Part shown: positions 8,851-17,166 of the stretch, one piece after another
Layout of the letters: every line of letters begins with the position of its first letter
Position numbering within the stretch: the first letter of the stretch is position 1
Source of the DNA: Candidatus Paracaedimonas acanthamoebae
GTDB lineage: Bacteria; Pseudomonadota; Alphaproteobacteria; Caedimonadales; Caedimonadaceae
Reading direction: 5' to 3'
Length of the DNA stretch: 32,000 nucleotides
Assembly (NCBI GenBank): GCA_000743035.1
Contig: CP008936.1
Coordinates: forward strand, 900,001-932,000
Translations under genes and position numbers: made by a program
Notes under the pieces: generated by a model
What the model was told of the DNA's origin: nothing
What the model saw: only the letters and a program-made list of their open reading frames with translations
The model's database searches: none

Positions 8851-9045
8851 CCATAAATATCAAAAAATTTAAGAGCTCCCATATTCCCTCAAACATCGCT
8901 ATACTTGCACACTGTGTTAATTTATTAAATTTTTAAGTTTTAACTCAAAATATTATTTTGTCGCACGATGTGGGGATAAAAGGCCGCTATCATATGAAAA
9001 TCTAAGAAAATAACCAACGCATAAGAGGAGAAAAATGTATAAAAT

Positions 9046-9122
<77 letters not shown>

Positions 9123-9181
9123 ATAAGACGAATGACTTTTGTTTACACGAGATAGAGAACATAACGCAAGAAAAATATTTA

Positions 9182-9493
9182 TTAATTTTTTTTGGAATCC
9201 TTAAAATTATCACTATATCGTTTTGGTACCATTTTTATAGAAGCGGAATAATCAATGGAATATGTTAAATTCTTTGATTTAGCATATGCTATAGCCTTTT
9301 CACTTGTCTTAAAAAAGAGTCTTAGTTGCACTGAATTCGTTTTAATAGAACCCGCCCATTTCATTAAGGGCTCAATATAAAGATGTGTAGGCTGAATAAA
9401 TTCAAGAACCCAATTTTTTGTTCGTCCAACTCCAGATTGCATGGCTGTTTTTGTAGGTTTATAAATGCGGACATCAGGCATAATATTACTCAA
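9182..9493 (-). CDS. NDUFS4-like protein (ETC_C1_NDUFA4 / NADH-ubiquinone oxidoreductase 18-kDa-subunit family)
   Basis: The sequence ...RIYKPTKTAMQSGVGRTKNWVLEF...EPLMKWAGS...QLRLFFKTSEKAIAYAKSKNL.Y....K.YSDNF matches the family pattern found in alphaproteobacteria. The ORF-track start at 9493 is a TTG overlapping the upstream stop (TTGA). An ATG at 9481 (MPDVRIY...) is the likelier start. Confidence 0.8.
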   Translation of the reverse strand: MSNIMPDVRIYKPTKTAMQSGVGRTKNWVLEFIQPTHLYIEPLMKWAGSIKTNSVQLRLFFKTSEKAIAYAKSKNLTYSIDYSASIKMVPKRYSDNFKDSKKN

Positions 9494-11430
9494 CTTTGTT
9501 CGGCAACATAATTTTCAAGATCAGCTATAATTTCCTTGCCTGCTTTAACTTGGAATGACGATGATTTAAAATCAGAAGGCCCAAGTGGTTGCTTTCTTCC
9601 TCCCAAATTCTGTGAAAGAAAGGCTTCAGCAATACCGAAGAATGATAATCTGTTCTCAGGGCGTGTTAGCCCGTGCCCCTCATCGGGGTAAAGAACATAA
9701 GTAACAGGTATATTTTTTTCTGCCATCTTATTAACAATTTGATCCGATTCTGCTTGCTTGACACGAGGATCATTAGCTCCATGACAAATTAAGAGAGGTT
9801 TTTTAATCTGATTTGCGTAATGAATAGGTGAGCGTTTCTCCAAGAATTCTTTTCCTTCTATGGTATCGAAATCAGCACCAATTGTTACCTTCAATGCGGC
9901 AAGATAAGGCTTCCAGTAAGGAGGAATACTCTCAACCAAGGTTACCAAATTAGAGGGGCCGACAATATCAATGCCGCAAGCAAAAATATCAGGTGTAAAA
10001 GTCAATCCAACAAGTGTTGCATAGCCGCCATAGCTTCCCCCCATAATAGCTACCTTTTGAGGATCTGCAATTTTTCGATCAATCACCCATTGTATTGCGT
10101 CTAAAAGGTCTTCATGCATCTTTTGACCCCATTCACCATTACCTGCATTAAGAAAATTTTTCCCAAAGCCAGTAGACCCTCGGTAATTAACACTTAAAAC
10201 AGCATAACCTCGATTTGCAAGCCATTGGGGGATTGGCTCATATCCCCAGTAGTCCCGAGCAGAAGGACCACCATGCACAAATAAAACAAGTGGGAGAGGT
10301 TGTGATGGTTTTTCAGAATCTTTTGGTAAGCTTAAATAGCACATTAGATCTAAGCCATCGCGCGCTTTGATGATAGTCGGCCTCATCTTTACAAGAGGCA
10401 TATTTTCAAGGTTTGGTCGATTTGAAAAGAGAAAAGTTCTTTGTTTTTGATGGCGATCATAGTGATAGTAATGCAAAGGGCCGTTATCCTTTATGAAACC
10501 TACTATCCAATGCTGATCATTCAGAGTCCTTGATAAGACTTCGATATCCCCCTCTTTTATAGTCTGAAAACTTTTTAATTCTTCAGCAATCTTTTCATCA
10601 CAAAAAATCCACTCTTTACGGCCATAAGTTATTGCATAAGCTTCAATCTTTTTTGTCACTGGACTCACCATGATATCACTGATATCAGTGCGTGAATCTC
10701 CGCCTATTAGCGCTTGAGTTCCCGTGGCAAAATTAAACTCAAAGAGTCCTCCAGTATCGCGTCCACGACTATCAATGAAATAGAGTTTTGACCCCTCTTT
10801 ATTGAAACGAAGTGGCGCTGTTGTCAATCGGTCTTCTACTGGAACCTCTTGAAAAAACGTGATTTTTCCACATTCGAAATGAAACCATGCACTTCCTCCC
10901 CCAGAAGTTTCTTGAGTTAAGAGCTTTAATTCAAGATTTTCATCACAAATATAACCGCTATATGCTTCATTTTTGAAGATAAGAACTTTCTCTCCAGTCT
11001 GTATATTAAGTTTATAAAGATCATGATAAGTAGGGTCTCTATCATTTATCGCGACAAGCAATTCTTGAGGAAATGATGCACTTAATTTTTCAATGCGTGC
11101 CTGAATGTTAGATTGAGGAGTTAAACACTTATGCTGCCTTGTTTGCGCGTCAACAGAAAAGAGTTGCCAATTCTCATTCCCGTCTTGATCTTTCATGTAA
11201 AGAAGAGTCTTACTATCAAAAGCCCAATTGTAAGTATGAATTCCTCTCTTTTCATCCTGAGTGATAGCAAAAGCTTCCTTAATGTTATCAAGGGGCGCAA
11301 TCCAAATATTTAATACTCCTTGATATGGAGCAATATAAGTCAGATATTTACCATCAGGACTAAGACGAACACATACTCTTTCAGGATTACCAAATAAAAT
11401 TTCACGTTCAATCAATTTAGAAAATGACAT
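9490..11430 (-). CDS. S9 family serine peptidase (prolyl oligopeptidase / acylaminoacyl-peptidase type)
   Basis: 646 aa with an N-terminal beta-propeller-like region and a C-terminal alpha/beta hydrolase domain. The triad contexts are GGSYGGY (Ser), HGANDPRV (Asp) and DEGHGL (His). Confidence 0.9.
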   Translation of the reverse strand: MSFSKLIEREILFGNPERVCVRLSPDGKYLTYIAPYQGVLNIWIAPLDNIKEAFAITQDEKRGIHTYNWAFDSKTLLYMKDQDGNENWQLFSVDAQTRQHKCLTPQSNIQARIEKLSASFPQELLVAINDRDPTYHDLYKLNIQTGEKVLIFKNEAYSGYICDENLELKLLTQETSGGGSAWFHFECGKITFFQEVPVEDRLTTAPLRFNKEGSKLYFIDSRGRDTGGLFEFNFATGTQALIGGDSRTDISDIMVSPVTKKIEAYAITYGRKEWIFCDEKIAEELKSFQTIKEGDIEVLSRTLNDQHWIVGFIKDNGPLHYYHYDRHQKQRTFLFSNRPNLENMPLVKMRPTIIKARDGLDLMCYLSLPKDSEKPSQPLPLVLFVHGGPSARDYWGYEPIPQWLANRGYAVLSVNYRGSTGFGKNFLNAGNGEWGQKMHEDLLDAIQWVIDRKIADPQKVAIMGGSYGGYATLVGLTFTPDIFACGIDIVGPSNLVTLVESIPPYWKPYLAALKVTIGADFDTIEGKEFLEKRSPIHYANQIKKPLLICHGANDPRVKQAESDQIVNKMAEKNIPVTYVLYPDEGHGLTRPENRLSFFGIAEAFLSQNLGGRKQPLGPSDFKSSSFQVKAGKEIIADLENYVAEQS

Positions 11431-11714
11431 AGCATCCCTTTGAATTCTTATATAAATATAAACAATACATTCATGTTATTTTTTCGCGCAATTAACCCAG
11501 AAAATATTCTATTTTTTAGGATCACTTTAAAAATTATTCATCATCATATTATTTTAAACATCAAAAAAAATAAAAATTTTTTTTATCAAATACTTGAACA
11601 AAAAAAATCCTCTAAAATACCCCTAAATGACTATAAAACTCACATTATCAAATTCAAGGCCATTGAATTCCCACGCCAGAATATGTATTAGTAACTTACG
11701 TTTTTTTAAAGGGT

Positions 11715-13031
11715 ATGAAATTTTATGAATATCAACATGATAATTCTGGATTAACGATGACAACTACCCATAAACAATCTTCTCAAGAAACCCTTCGTCA
11801 CACAACCACTTTAGCACCCATTCCAAGGCTTGTATGGACTCTTGGCTGGATGATGTTCCTCGTTAATTTATCTTTTATTATGGTCTACAGCTATATTGGT
11901 ATTTATATGAAATCTTTAGGCGTCACTATGGCCTGGATTGGGGTCGTTGAGGGCGTAGCTGAAGGTTGTTCTTATTTAATGAAATTGTTATCCGGCATGT
12001 TTAGTGACTACCTGCGTCGACGTAAACCCGTCATGCTAGTGGGGTACACTATGCTTGTCATCTCAAGAGTGATCTTCAGTCTCGCTGCAAGCTTTATCCC
12101 TCTTTTTGGCGCTCGACTTGTCGAACGTCTTGGAAATGGTATTCAATCAACTCCGCGTGACACAATGGTGGCAGATATTTCTCCCGCTAACCGCATCGGT
12201 GCCTCCTATGGATTAAAACGAACTCTTGCACAATCTGGATCTTTACTAGGTGCTGTTGCAGGAATTGGTGCAATGATTTGGATGGGGGGTGATTATCAAA
12301 AGGTATTTCAGTTAGCCGCCGTACCAGCATTTATCGCTTTTTTGATCCTCATTCTCTTTGTTCATGAGCCTAAAAAGTTTGCACATTCTGCTGTTTCTTC
12401 CGAAATCCCATTACCTGAACAAAAAAATCGTTCACGTATGCATTGGTCAAACTTACCTGCTCTTGGATCATCATTTTGGCTCTTAATGCTCGTCGCTGCC
12501 ATTTTCATGTTATCGCGTTTTAGCGAAACATTTCTAACTCTTCATGCTTATAATAATTTTGGCCTCCAAAGCGAATATGCACCTACTATCATGCTAATTT
12601 TTAATGCTGGATGGTGCCTTTCTTCATACCCAGTCGGGGTATTAGCTGATCGCATGAATCGATATTGGTTTTTAGCAATGGGGATTGTATTCTTAATTCT
12701 TGCAGATCACTTCTTAGCAACAGCCAATTCACTTATTTGGGTTTATGTCGGATGTTTCTTCTGGGGCGTACAATATGGTGTAACGCAAAACATTTTCCTT
12801 TCATTAATTGCGGAAATTGTCCCTGCTGATCTACGAGGCACTGGTTTTGGTTGCTACTACATCATCTGTGCAATTTCTGCCTATTTTGCAGATCATCTTG
12901 CAGGAGTCATCTCAGAATATTATGGGCAAGTTTCAGCCTTTTCTTTTAGTGGCATTATTGCAACAGTCTCTTTATTAGTTTTGATTATCGTGCTTGGATA
13001 TAAAAATAATCGAAAGAAAAAAATACTTTAA
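11715..13031 (+). CDS. MFS transporter
   Basis: 438 aa with about 12 hydrophobic segments, the MFS loop 2-3 motif-like GMFSDYLRRRKP and a second-half repeat. The start is uncertain (alternative ATG at 11757). Confidence 0.85.
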   Translation: MKFYEYQHDNSGLTMTTTHKQSSQETLRHTTTLAPIPRLVWTLGWMMFLVNLSFIMVYSYIGIYMKSLGVTMAWIGVVEGVAEGCSYLMKLLSGMFSDYLRRRKPVMLVGYTMLVISRVIFSLAASFIPLFGARLVERLGNGIQSTPRDTMVADISPANRIGASYGLKRTLAQSGSLLGAVAGIGAMIWMGGDYQKVFQLAAVPAFIAFLILILFVHEPKKFAHSAVSSEIPLPEQKNRSRMHWSNLPALGSSFWLLMLVAAIFMLSRFSETFLTLHAYNNFGLQSEYAPTIMLIFNAGWCLSSYPVGVLADRMNRYWFLAMGIVFLILADHFLATANSLIWVYVGCFFWGVQYGVTQNIFLSLIAEIVPADLRGTGFGCYYIICAISAYFADHLAGVISEYYGQVSAFSFSGIIATVSLLVLIIVLGYKNNRKKKIL

Positions 13032-13069
13032 TTGTTTAGAGCCTGAATAGTTTCTATAAATTAAATCAT

Positions 13070-13102
13070 AAAAAAAGCTGAGTCTATTCCTCAGCTTTTT
13101 TT
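13070..13102. terminator. Bidirectional rho-independent terminator between the convergent MFS and lipoprotein genes
   Basis: aaaaaa-agctgag-tctattc-ctcagct-ttttttt: a 7-bp stem (13076-13082 / 13090-13096) flanked by an A-run and a T-run. Confidence 0.7.
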
Positions 13103-13124
13103 CACTATATATGTTATTTTAAAA

Positions 13125-13544
13125 TTACTCTAATCCTAATTCTTCAAGAATTAAATGTGCCTGACTCGCACTTATCGCCATATTATCTTGAAGATAAGAA
13201 ACCATTTCTTCACTCGTTGGATTACTTCCTCGTTCCTGCTTTAGCTTCATTACAAATTCGCCGGCTCTTACCAAATCTCCCTCTTTAGGATGCCATTCTA
13301 TAGGCTGGTCTACTGGAGCCTTTTCCGGAATAACAATAGCAGAAGAAGATTCTTGTTTTAGAGGCATAATAACAATAGATTTAGCCTTTTCTGATTGCCC
13401 TGGCACTAAAGGTTGGATAGGTGCATGCGGTGGTAAAGGAGCTTGCACAGGGGGCTCAGAGTCAAGCATCGCCTCTCGTTTATGTTGATTACATGCAAGA
13501 AGGGTCGATGAACTAATAAGCAAAAATAAATTTAAAATCTTCAT
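13125..13544 (-). CDS. Hypothetical lipoprotein (orphan)
   Basis: 139 aa. It has a signal peptide plus lipobox (LLISSSTLLAC), a Pro-rich linker (PPVQAPLPPHAPIQPLVP) and a small C-terminal helical segment. I recognise no family. Confidence 0.5.
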   Translation of the reverse strand: MKILNLFLLISSSTLLACNQHKREAMLDSEPPVQAPLPPHAPIQPLVPGQSEKAKSIVIMPLKQESSSAIVIPEKAPVDQPIEWHPKEGDLVRAGEFVMKLKQERGSNPTSEEMVSYLQDNMAISASQAHLILEELGLE

Positions 13545-13654
13545 AAATAATGTCCTTTCTAATTCATGATATTAATATCATGCCGTAGTAGCCCAAGATA
13601 GGTTTTTCTCCTGATTTCATCATTTACAGGGGTCTTTTGAAACCTTCATATCTT

Positions 13655-15433
13655 TTATGCATTTTTATATGATTTATCGTTTGGTAAAAACCCCCATGCT
13701 TGCATATTCCAAAGTGTCGCATAGTGGCCACCTTTAGCTAATAATGTCTTATGTGTACCATCTTCAATGATTTGACCTTCTTTAAATACGAGAATACGAT
13801 CAACCCCCCGTAATGTTGAGAGCCTATGGGCAATAATAATCGCTGTACGGTTTTTAAAAAGGTAAGCTAAACTTTCTTGAATTCTTTTTTCAGTCTCTGA
13901 GTCAAGGGCTGAGGTGGCCTCATCTAATAAAATAATAGGAGCATCCTTCAAAATAGCTCGAGCAATTGCAATACGCTGTCGCTGCCCACCCGAAATTTTA
14001 ACGCCCCTCTCTCCCACAAGAGCATTATAGGTATCAGGGATTTCCATAATAAAATCATGACAGTAAGCTTTTTTTGACGCTTCTATAACTTCTTGGTCGG
14101 ATGCTTCAATCTTTCCATAACGTATATTATCCATCAAACTGCGGTGAAATAAGATAGGTTCTTGAGGAATTGCACTAATAGATTTATGGAGAGATGCCTG
14201 AGTAATAGATTTAATATCCTGATTATCAATAAGAATTCGACCTTTTTGTAATTCATAATTCCTTAGAATAAGGTTCACAAAAGTAGTTTTACCACTCCCT
14301 GAAAAGCCGACTAGTCCTACTTTTTGCTGGCTAGAAATTTCAATATTAAGGTCTTTAAATAGGCCACTATCTTGAATATATCCAAAATGCACTTCTTCAA
14401 ATCGAATATTTCCTTTAGTAACCACCAACTTTTTAGCAGAAGGCTTATCAATAATTTCATGAGGCTGAGTAATAATACTTAAAGCTTGCTTTCCTACCCC
14501 CACAGCTTCTGCAAATTTTAAAAGTTTTTCTGAAAATCGAAAAACAATATCTGCAATATTTTGTGACAGAACAAGAACAAGAACAAAATCCCCTATTGTA
14601 ATAAACCCCTTAAGACGACCATAAATTAAGACACTTAACATCACTGCCATAAGAAGACTATGAGCAATCCCTTGAATAATTTTCACTTTCAACAAATATT
14701 TCTGAAGTTGTTGATCCCTAACTAATACATCATCAAGTGTTATACCTAAATACCTACTTTCATATTCGTAAGCAGAAAATAAGCGAACATTTGAAATATT
14801 TGTAAGGCTATCCACGGCTTTTCCACTTAGCGTGCTTCGTGCCTCTGCCAAAAGCTTTGTATACTTCTTGGTTCTTTTTGAAAAATGTAGACTAATCGCA
14901 ATAAAACAAGCTGCCCAAAGGATTAAAATTAAACCTAAGATCGGATGGATGAATAATAACGTAATGCTTGCAATAATTAAAGCTAATAGATGCGAGAGTA
15001 AAACGTCACTCATCATTGTTACTATAATTTCAACAGAACGGACCATATCACTAACTTTATTCGCTAATGCTCCAGCATAGTTGTTATGAAAATAACTATG
15101 TGAATGACGACTTAAATAAGAAAACATCTCTGCCCATATCAACTTTTGTAAAGCTGGCATCGTCTTTAAAAACACGTAATCATAAAATCTAAAGAAAATT
15201 AGGGAACTGTTTGAAGATAGATAGTAAGCTATTGCAGGGAGCATAATTACTTCTACTACATTTATTGAAAGAGAAGTGGTAGTTGAAACCTTATTAATAA
15301 GAACTTTTAATAAATAAGGAGATAGGGATCTCTCCAGAGCCCATAAAAATGCTACAATACATAAACCTAACAATCCAAGCTTATATCTTTTCACAAAATA
15401 CCATATAAAAGCTGGAAGAGTGCTAGGTAACAT
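13655..15433 (-). CDS. ABC transporter, fused permease/ATPase (type I exporter, MsbA/MDR-like)
   Basis: 592 aa with an N-terminal six-helix TMD. Walker A is GFSGSGKTT, the signature is ISGGQRQRIAIARA, Walker B is IILLDEATSALD and the H-loop is IIIAHRLST. Confidence 0.9.
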   Translation of the reverse strand: MLPSTLPAFIWYFVKRYKLGLLGLCIVAFLWALERSLSPYLLKVLINKVSTTTSLSINVVEVIMLPAIAYYLSSNSSLIFFRFYDYVFLKTMPALQKLIWAEMFSYLSRHSHSYFHNNYAGALANKVSDMVRSVEIIVTMMSDVLLSHLLALIIASITLLFIHPILGLILILWAACFIAISLHFSKRTKKYTKLLAEARSTLSGKAVDSLTNISNVRLFSAYEYESRYLGITLDDVLVRDQQLQKYLLKVKIIQGIAHSLLMAVMLSVLIYGRLKGFITIGDFVLVLVLSQNIADIVFRFSEKLLKFAEAVGVGKQALSIITQPHEIIDKPSAKKLVVTKGNIRFEEVHFGYIQDSGLFKDLNIEISSQQKVGLVGFSGSGKTTFVNLILRNYELQKGRILIDNQDIKSITQASLHKSISAIPQEPILFHRSLMDNIRYGKIEASDQEVIEASKKAYCHDFIMEIPDTYNALVGERGVKISGGQRQRIAIARAILKDAPIILLDEATSALDSETEKRIQESLAYLFKNRTAIIIAHRLSTLRGVDRILVFKEGQIIEDGTHKTLLAKGGHYATLWNMQAWGFLPNDKSYKNA

Positions 15434-15521
15434 AATACAGCCTCTGACTTAAACACGCTAATGGCATTAGAATAACTTAATTAGTGGAGATCAACCAATT
15501 GAAAAACTAATAAAAAATAAT

Positions 15522-16289
15522 TTATTGTAATAAGTTTTTCTCAAGAAATTCCTCAATTTTATATGCTATAGCAACAGGTACTTCTTGCATCGGATAATGT
15601 CCTGTCCCTTCTAAGGTAACTATTTGAACATTGGGATACCATTTCCCAAATGTTTCTTGCATTATATCTTCTCGAGATCCTTCTGCATCATGAGCCGCTG
15701 CTATTACAAAAATAGGTGTCTTAAGACCTTTAATGTAATCAACAAAATTAGTTTCTGTAAACATGGTCAAATAAGCAATTCTCGCCTCTGGAGCTGAACT
15801 CTCTTTCCATTGCTTTACTTTTAGATCTGTAAATTGCTCTCCATAACGATGGCTTGTCATAAAACCAATCATTTGCGCAGCAATTTCATCATTATTTAGA
15901 GCTCCCTCCTCTAAAAATGCTTTTACCTCTTCAGAGACAGGAGAACCACACGCTGGTACTGGTGTAATTGCAATACAGGATAAAACTCTCTCTTGGGCTT
16001 TATACATAATATATTGAGCAATCATCCCACTCATTGAATGTCCTATAATATGAAATTGCTTCCATTTTAAAGTATCAGCAATTTGTAGAATATCTTGGGT
16101 TGCTTCTTCGATAGAACATTCTCCAAGAATTTTTTTAGAACGACCATACCCTCGTAAATCAACAAAAACATAAGTAAATTTTTCAATATTTAAGTAAGGT
16201 TGAATAGGCTCATAGCTCGTAAAAAACCAATCATGCATCACAATCACATGTTCTGAGCCGTGTCCATAGGTATGATAAGCAATTGTCAT
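15522..16289 (-). CDS. Alpha/beta hydrolase fold protein
   Basis: 255 aa with oxyanion-type HD at VIVMHDWF, the nucleophile elbow GHSMSG and a C-terminal GTGHYPMQE (His). Confidence 0.85.
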   Translation of the reverse strand: MTIAYHTYGHGSEHVIVMHDWFFTSYEPIQPYLNIEKFTYVFVDLRGYGRSKKILGECSIEEATQDILQIADTLKWKQFHIIGHSMSGMIAQYIMYKAQERVLSCIAITPVPACGSPVSEEVKAFLEEGALNNDEIAAQMIGFMTSHRYGEQFTDLKVKQWKESSAPEARIAYLTMFTETNFVDYIKGLKTPIFVIAAAHDAEGSREDIMQETFGKWYPNVQIVTLEGTGHYPMQEVPVAIAYKIEEFLEKNLLQ

Positions 16290-16805
16290 ATGTTGTTCCT
16301 TAAAATACTAGTAAGGGTACCCGGAAGAATCATCCGTAAGTACACGAAGGTTTTTAGATTTGCAACAAGTAGCAAATTATTTTCTGTTAAACAAATAATT
16401 ACCTACAGGATGCAAAGTTTTGTCTCCATTAACGTATGTATATAATGTTGCTAAGTATTCCTTTTGCTGTTGAGGTTAGGGTTGTGGCGATTGTAGAAGT
16501 TGTGAATCATCAACACGGAGAGGTATACGCCTACTACTTAAGTAAAACTTCTTAGCATGCATACACATACTGACTGCAAAATAGCCACACTATGTGCCGA
16601 CTGATGGTTATTTCTAAATATTTTAAAGAGGACGTATTAACAAAGAAATAGGAGTATATATGATATGTTGCAAAGATTATTATTACTATTCTCCTCTTAG
16701 GCTTCCCTACATATCCACTTCAGACTGGCAATGAGAGAATATTAATTGGTTAAATTTGGCTAAGCGTCTGCTTTATTATTACATCTAAGCTTAATATTTC
16801 TAAGG

Positions 16806-17074
16806 ATGGTCGTTTTGGAATACAAAATTTCCCCAATTACTGAAGATTATATCAAAGGGCTTCGGTCTGCTACTGATATTGTTGCACTTGAGAAGAAATA
16901 TTTAGCTTTTTTAGAAAGCCCTCCATTAGAAATGACACGTGCTTTTGTCTTAGAGAATATCCAACAAGGATAATCTCATTAATTGGATTTGTTTTTGAAG
17001 GAATAAAACATAAGGCGGTGCGGATTGATAATGTGTATGAGAATCTTTTGTGTTATACTATTTTGTTTGAATAA
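16806..17074 (+). pseudogene. GNAT N-acetyltransferase relic with a large internal deletion
   Basis: 16806-16973 encodes MVVLEYKISPITEDYIKGLRSATDIVALEKKYLAFLESPPLEMTRAFVLENIQQG*, a typical N-terminus for small GNATs. 16985-17074, in another frame, encodes GFVFEGIKHKAVRIDNVYENLLCYTILFE*, a typical GNAT C-terminal strand region. The acetyl-CoA-binding core (~80 aa) is missing. Confidence 0.6.
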
Positions 17075-17166
17075 AAGGCAATGGAGCTGATACCCCAAAT
17101 TACATACTTGATATTACCAATCTTTTTTCTTAACGCGCTAAATACAAACAATTCTTCTTGATAACC

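Larger units (their letters stand above)
7622..8918. mobile_element. Candidate non-autonomous repeat element (GC-rich palindrome island plus 601-bp module) bracketed by a short inverted repeat
   Basis: cacgcagtgtgcaagt (7622-7637) versus acttgcacactgtgtt (8903-8918): 12 contiguous complementary bases, 14/15 overall. The intervening 1.3 kb has no credible gene and differs in composition from its flanks. The element boundary is not proven, because identity with copy 1 stops at 8850. Confidence 0.35.

Noticed and set aside
7626-8914. ORF-less group II intron (both ends read GTGTG inward)
   Set aside because: The GTGTG is a consequence of the inverted repeat. There is no domain V-like 34-nt hairpin with an AGC triad and GNRA loop near either end, and no reverse transcriptase ORF.
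11131-11313. 60-aa plus-strand ORF inside the S9 peptidase gene
   Set aside because: Antisense shadow ORF.
11440-11691. 83-aa ORF in the S9 peptidase/MFS divergent intergenic region
   Set aside because: The DNA is extremely AT-rich with homopolymer runs. The peptide is an Ile/Asn/Lys/Phe-rich artefact. The region is better read as divergent promoters.
14832-15080. 82-aa plus-strand ORF inside the ABC transporter gene
   Set aside because: Antisense shadow ORF.
16260-16445. 61-aa plus-strand ORF starting inside the hydrolase gene
   Set aside because: It overlaps the 5' end of the hydrolase on the opposite strand, has no SD and shows no similarity to anything I recognise.
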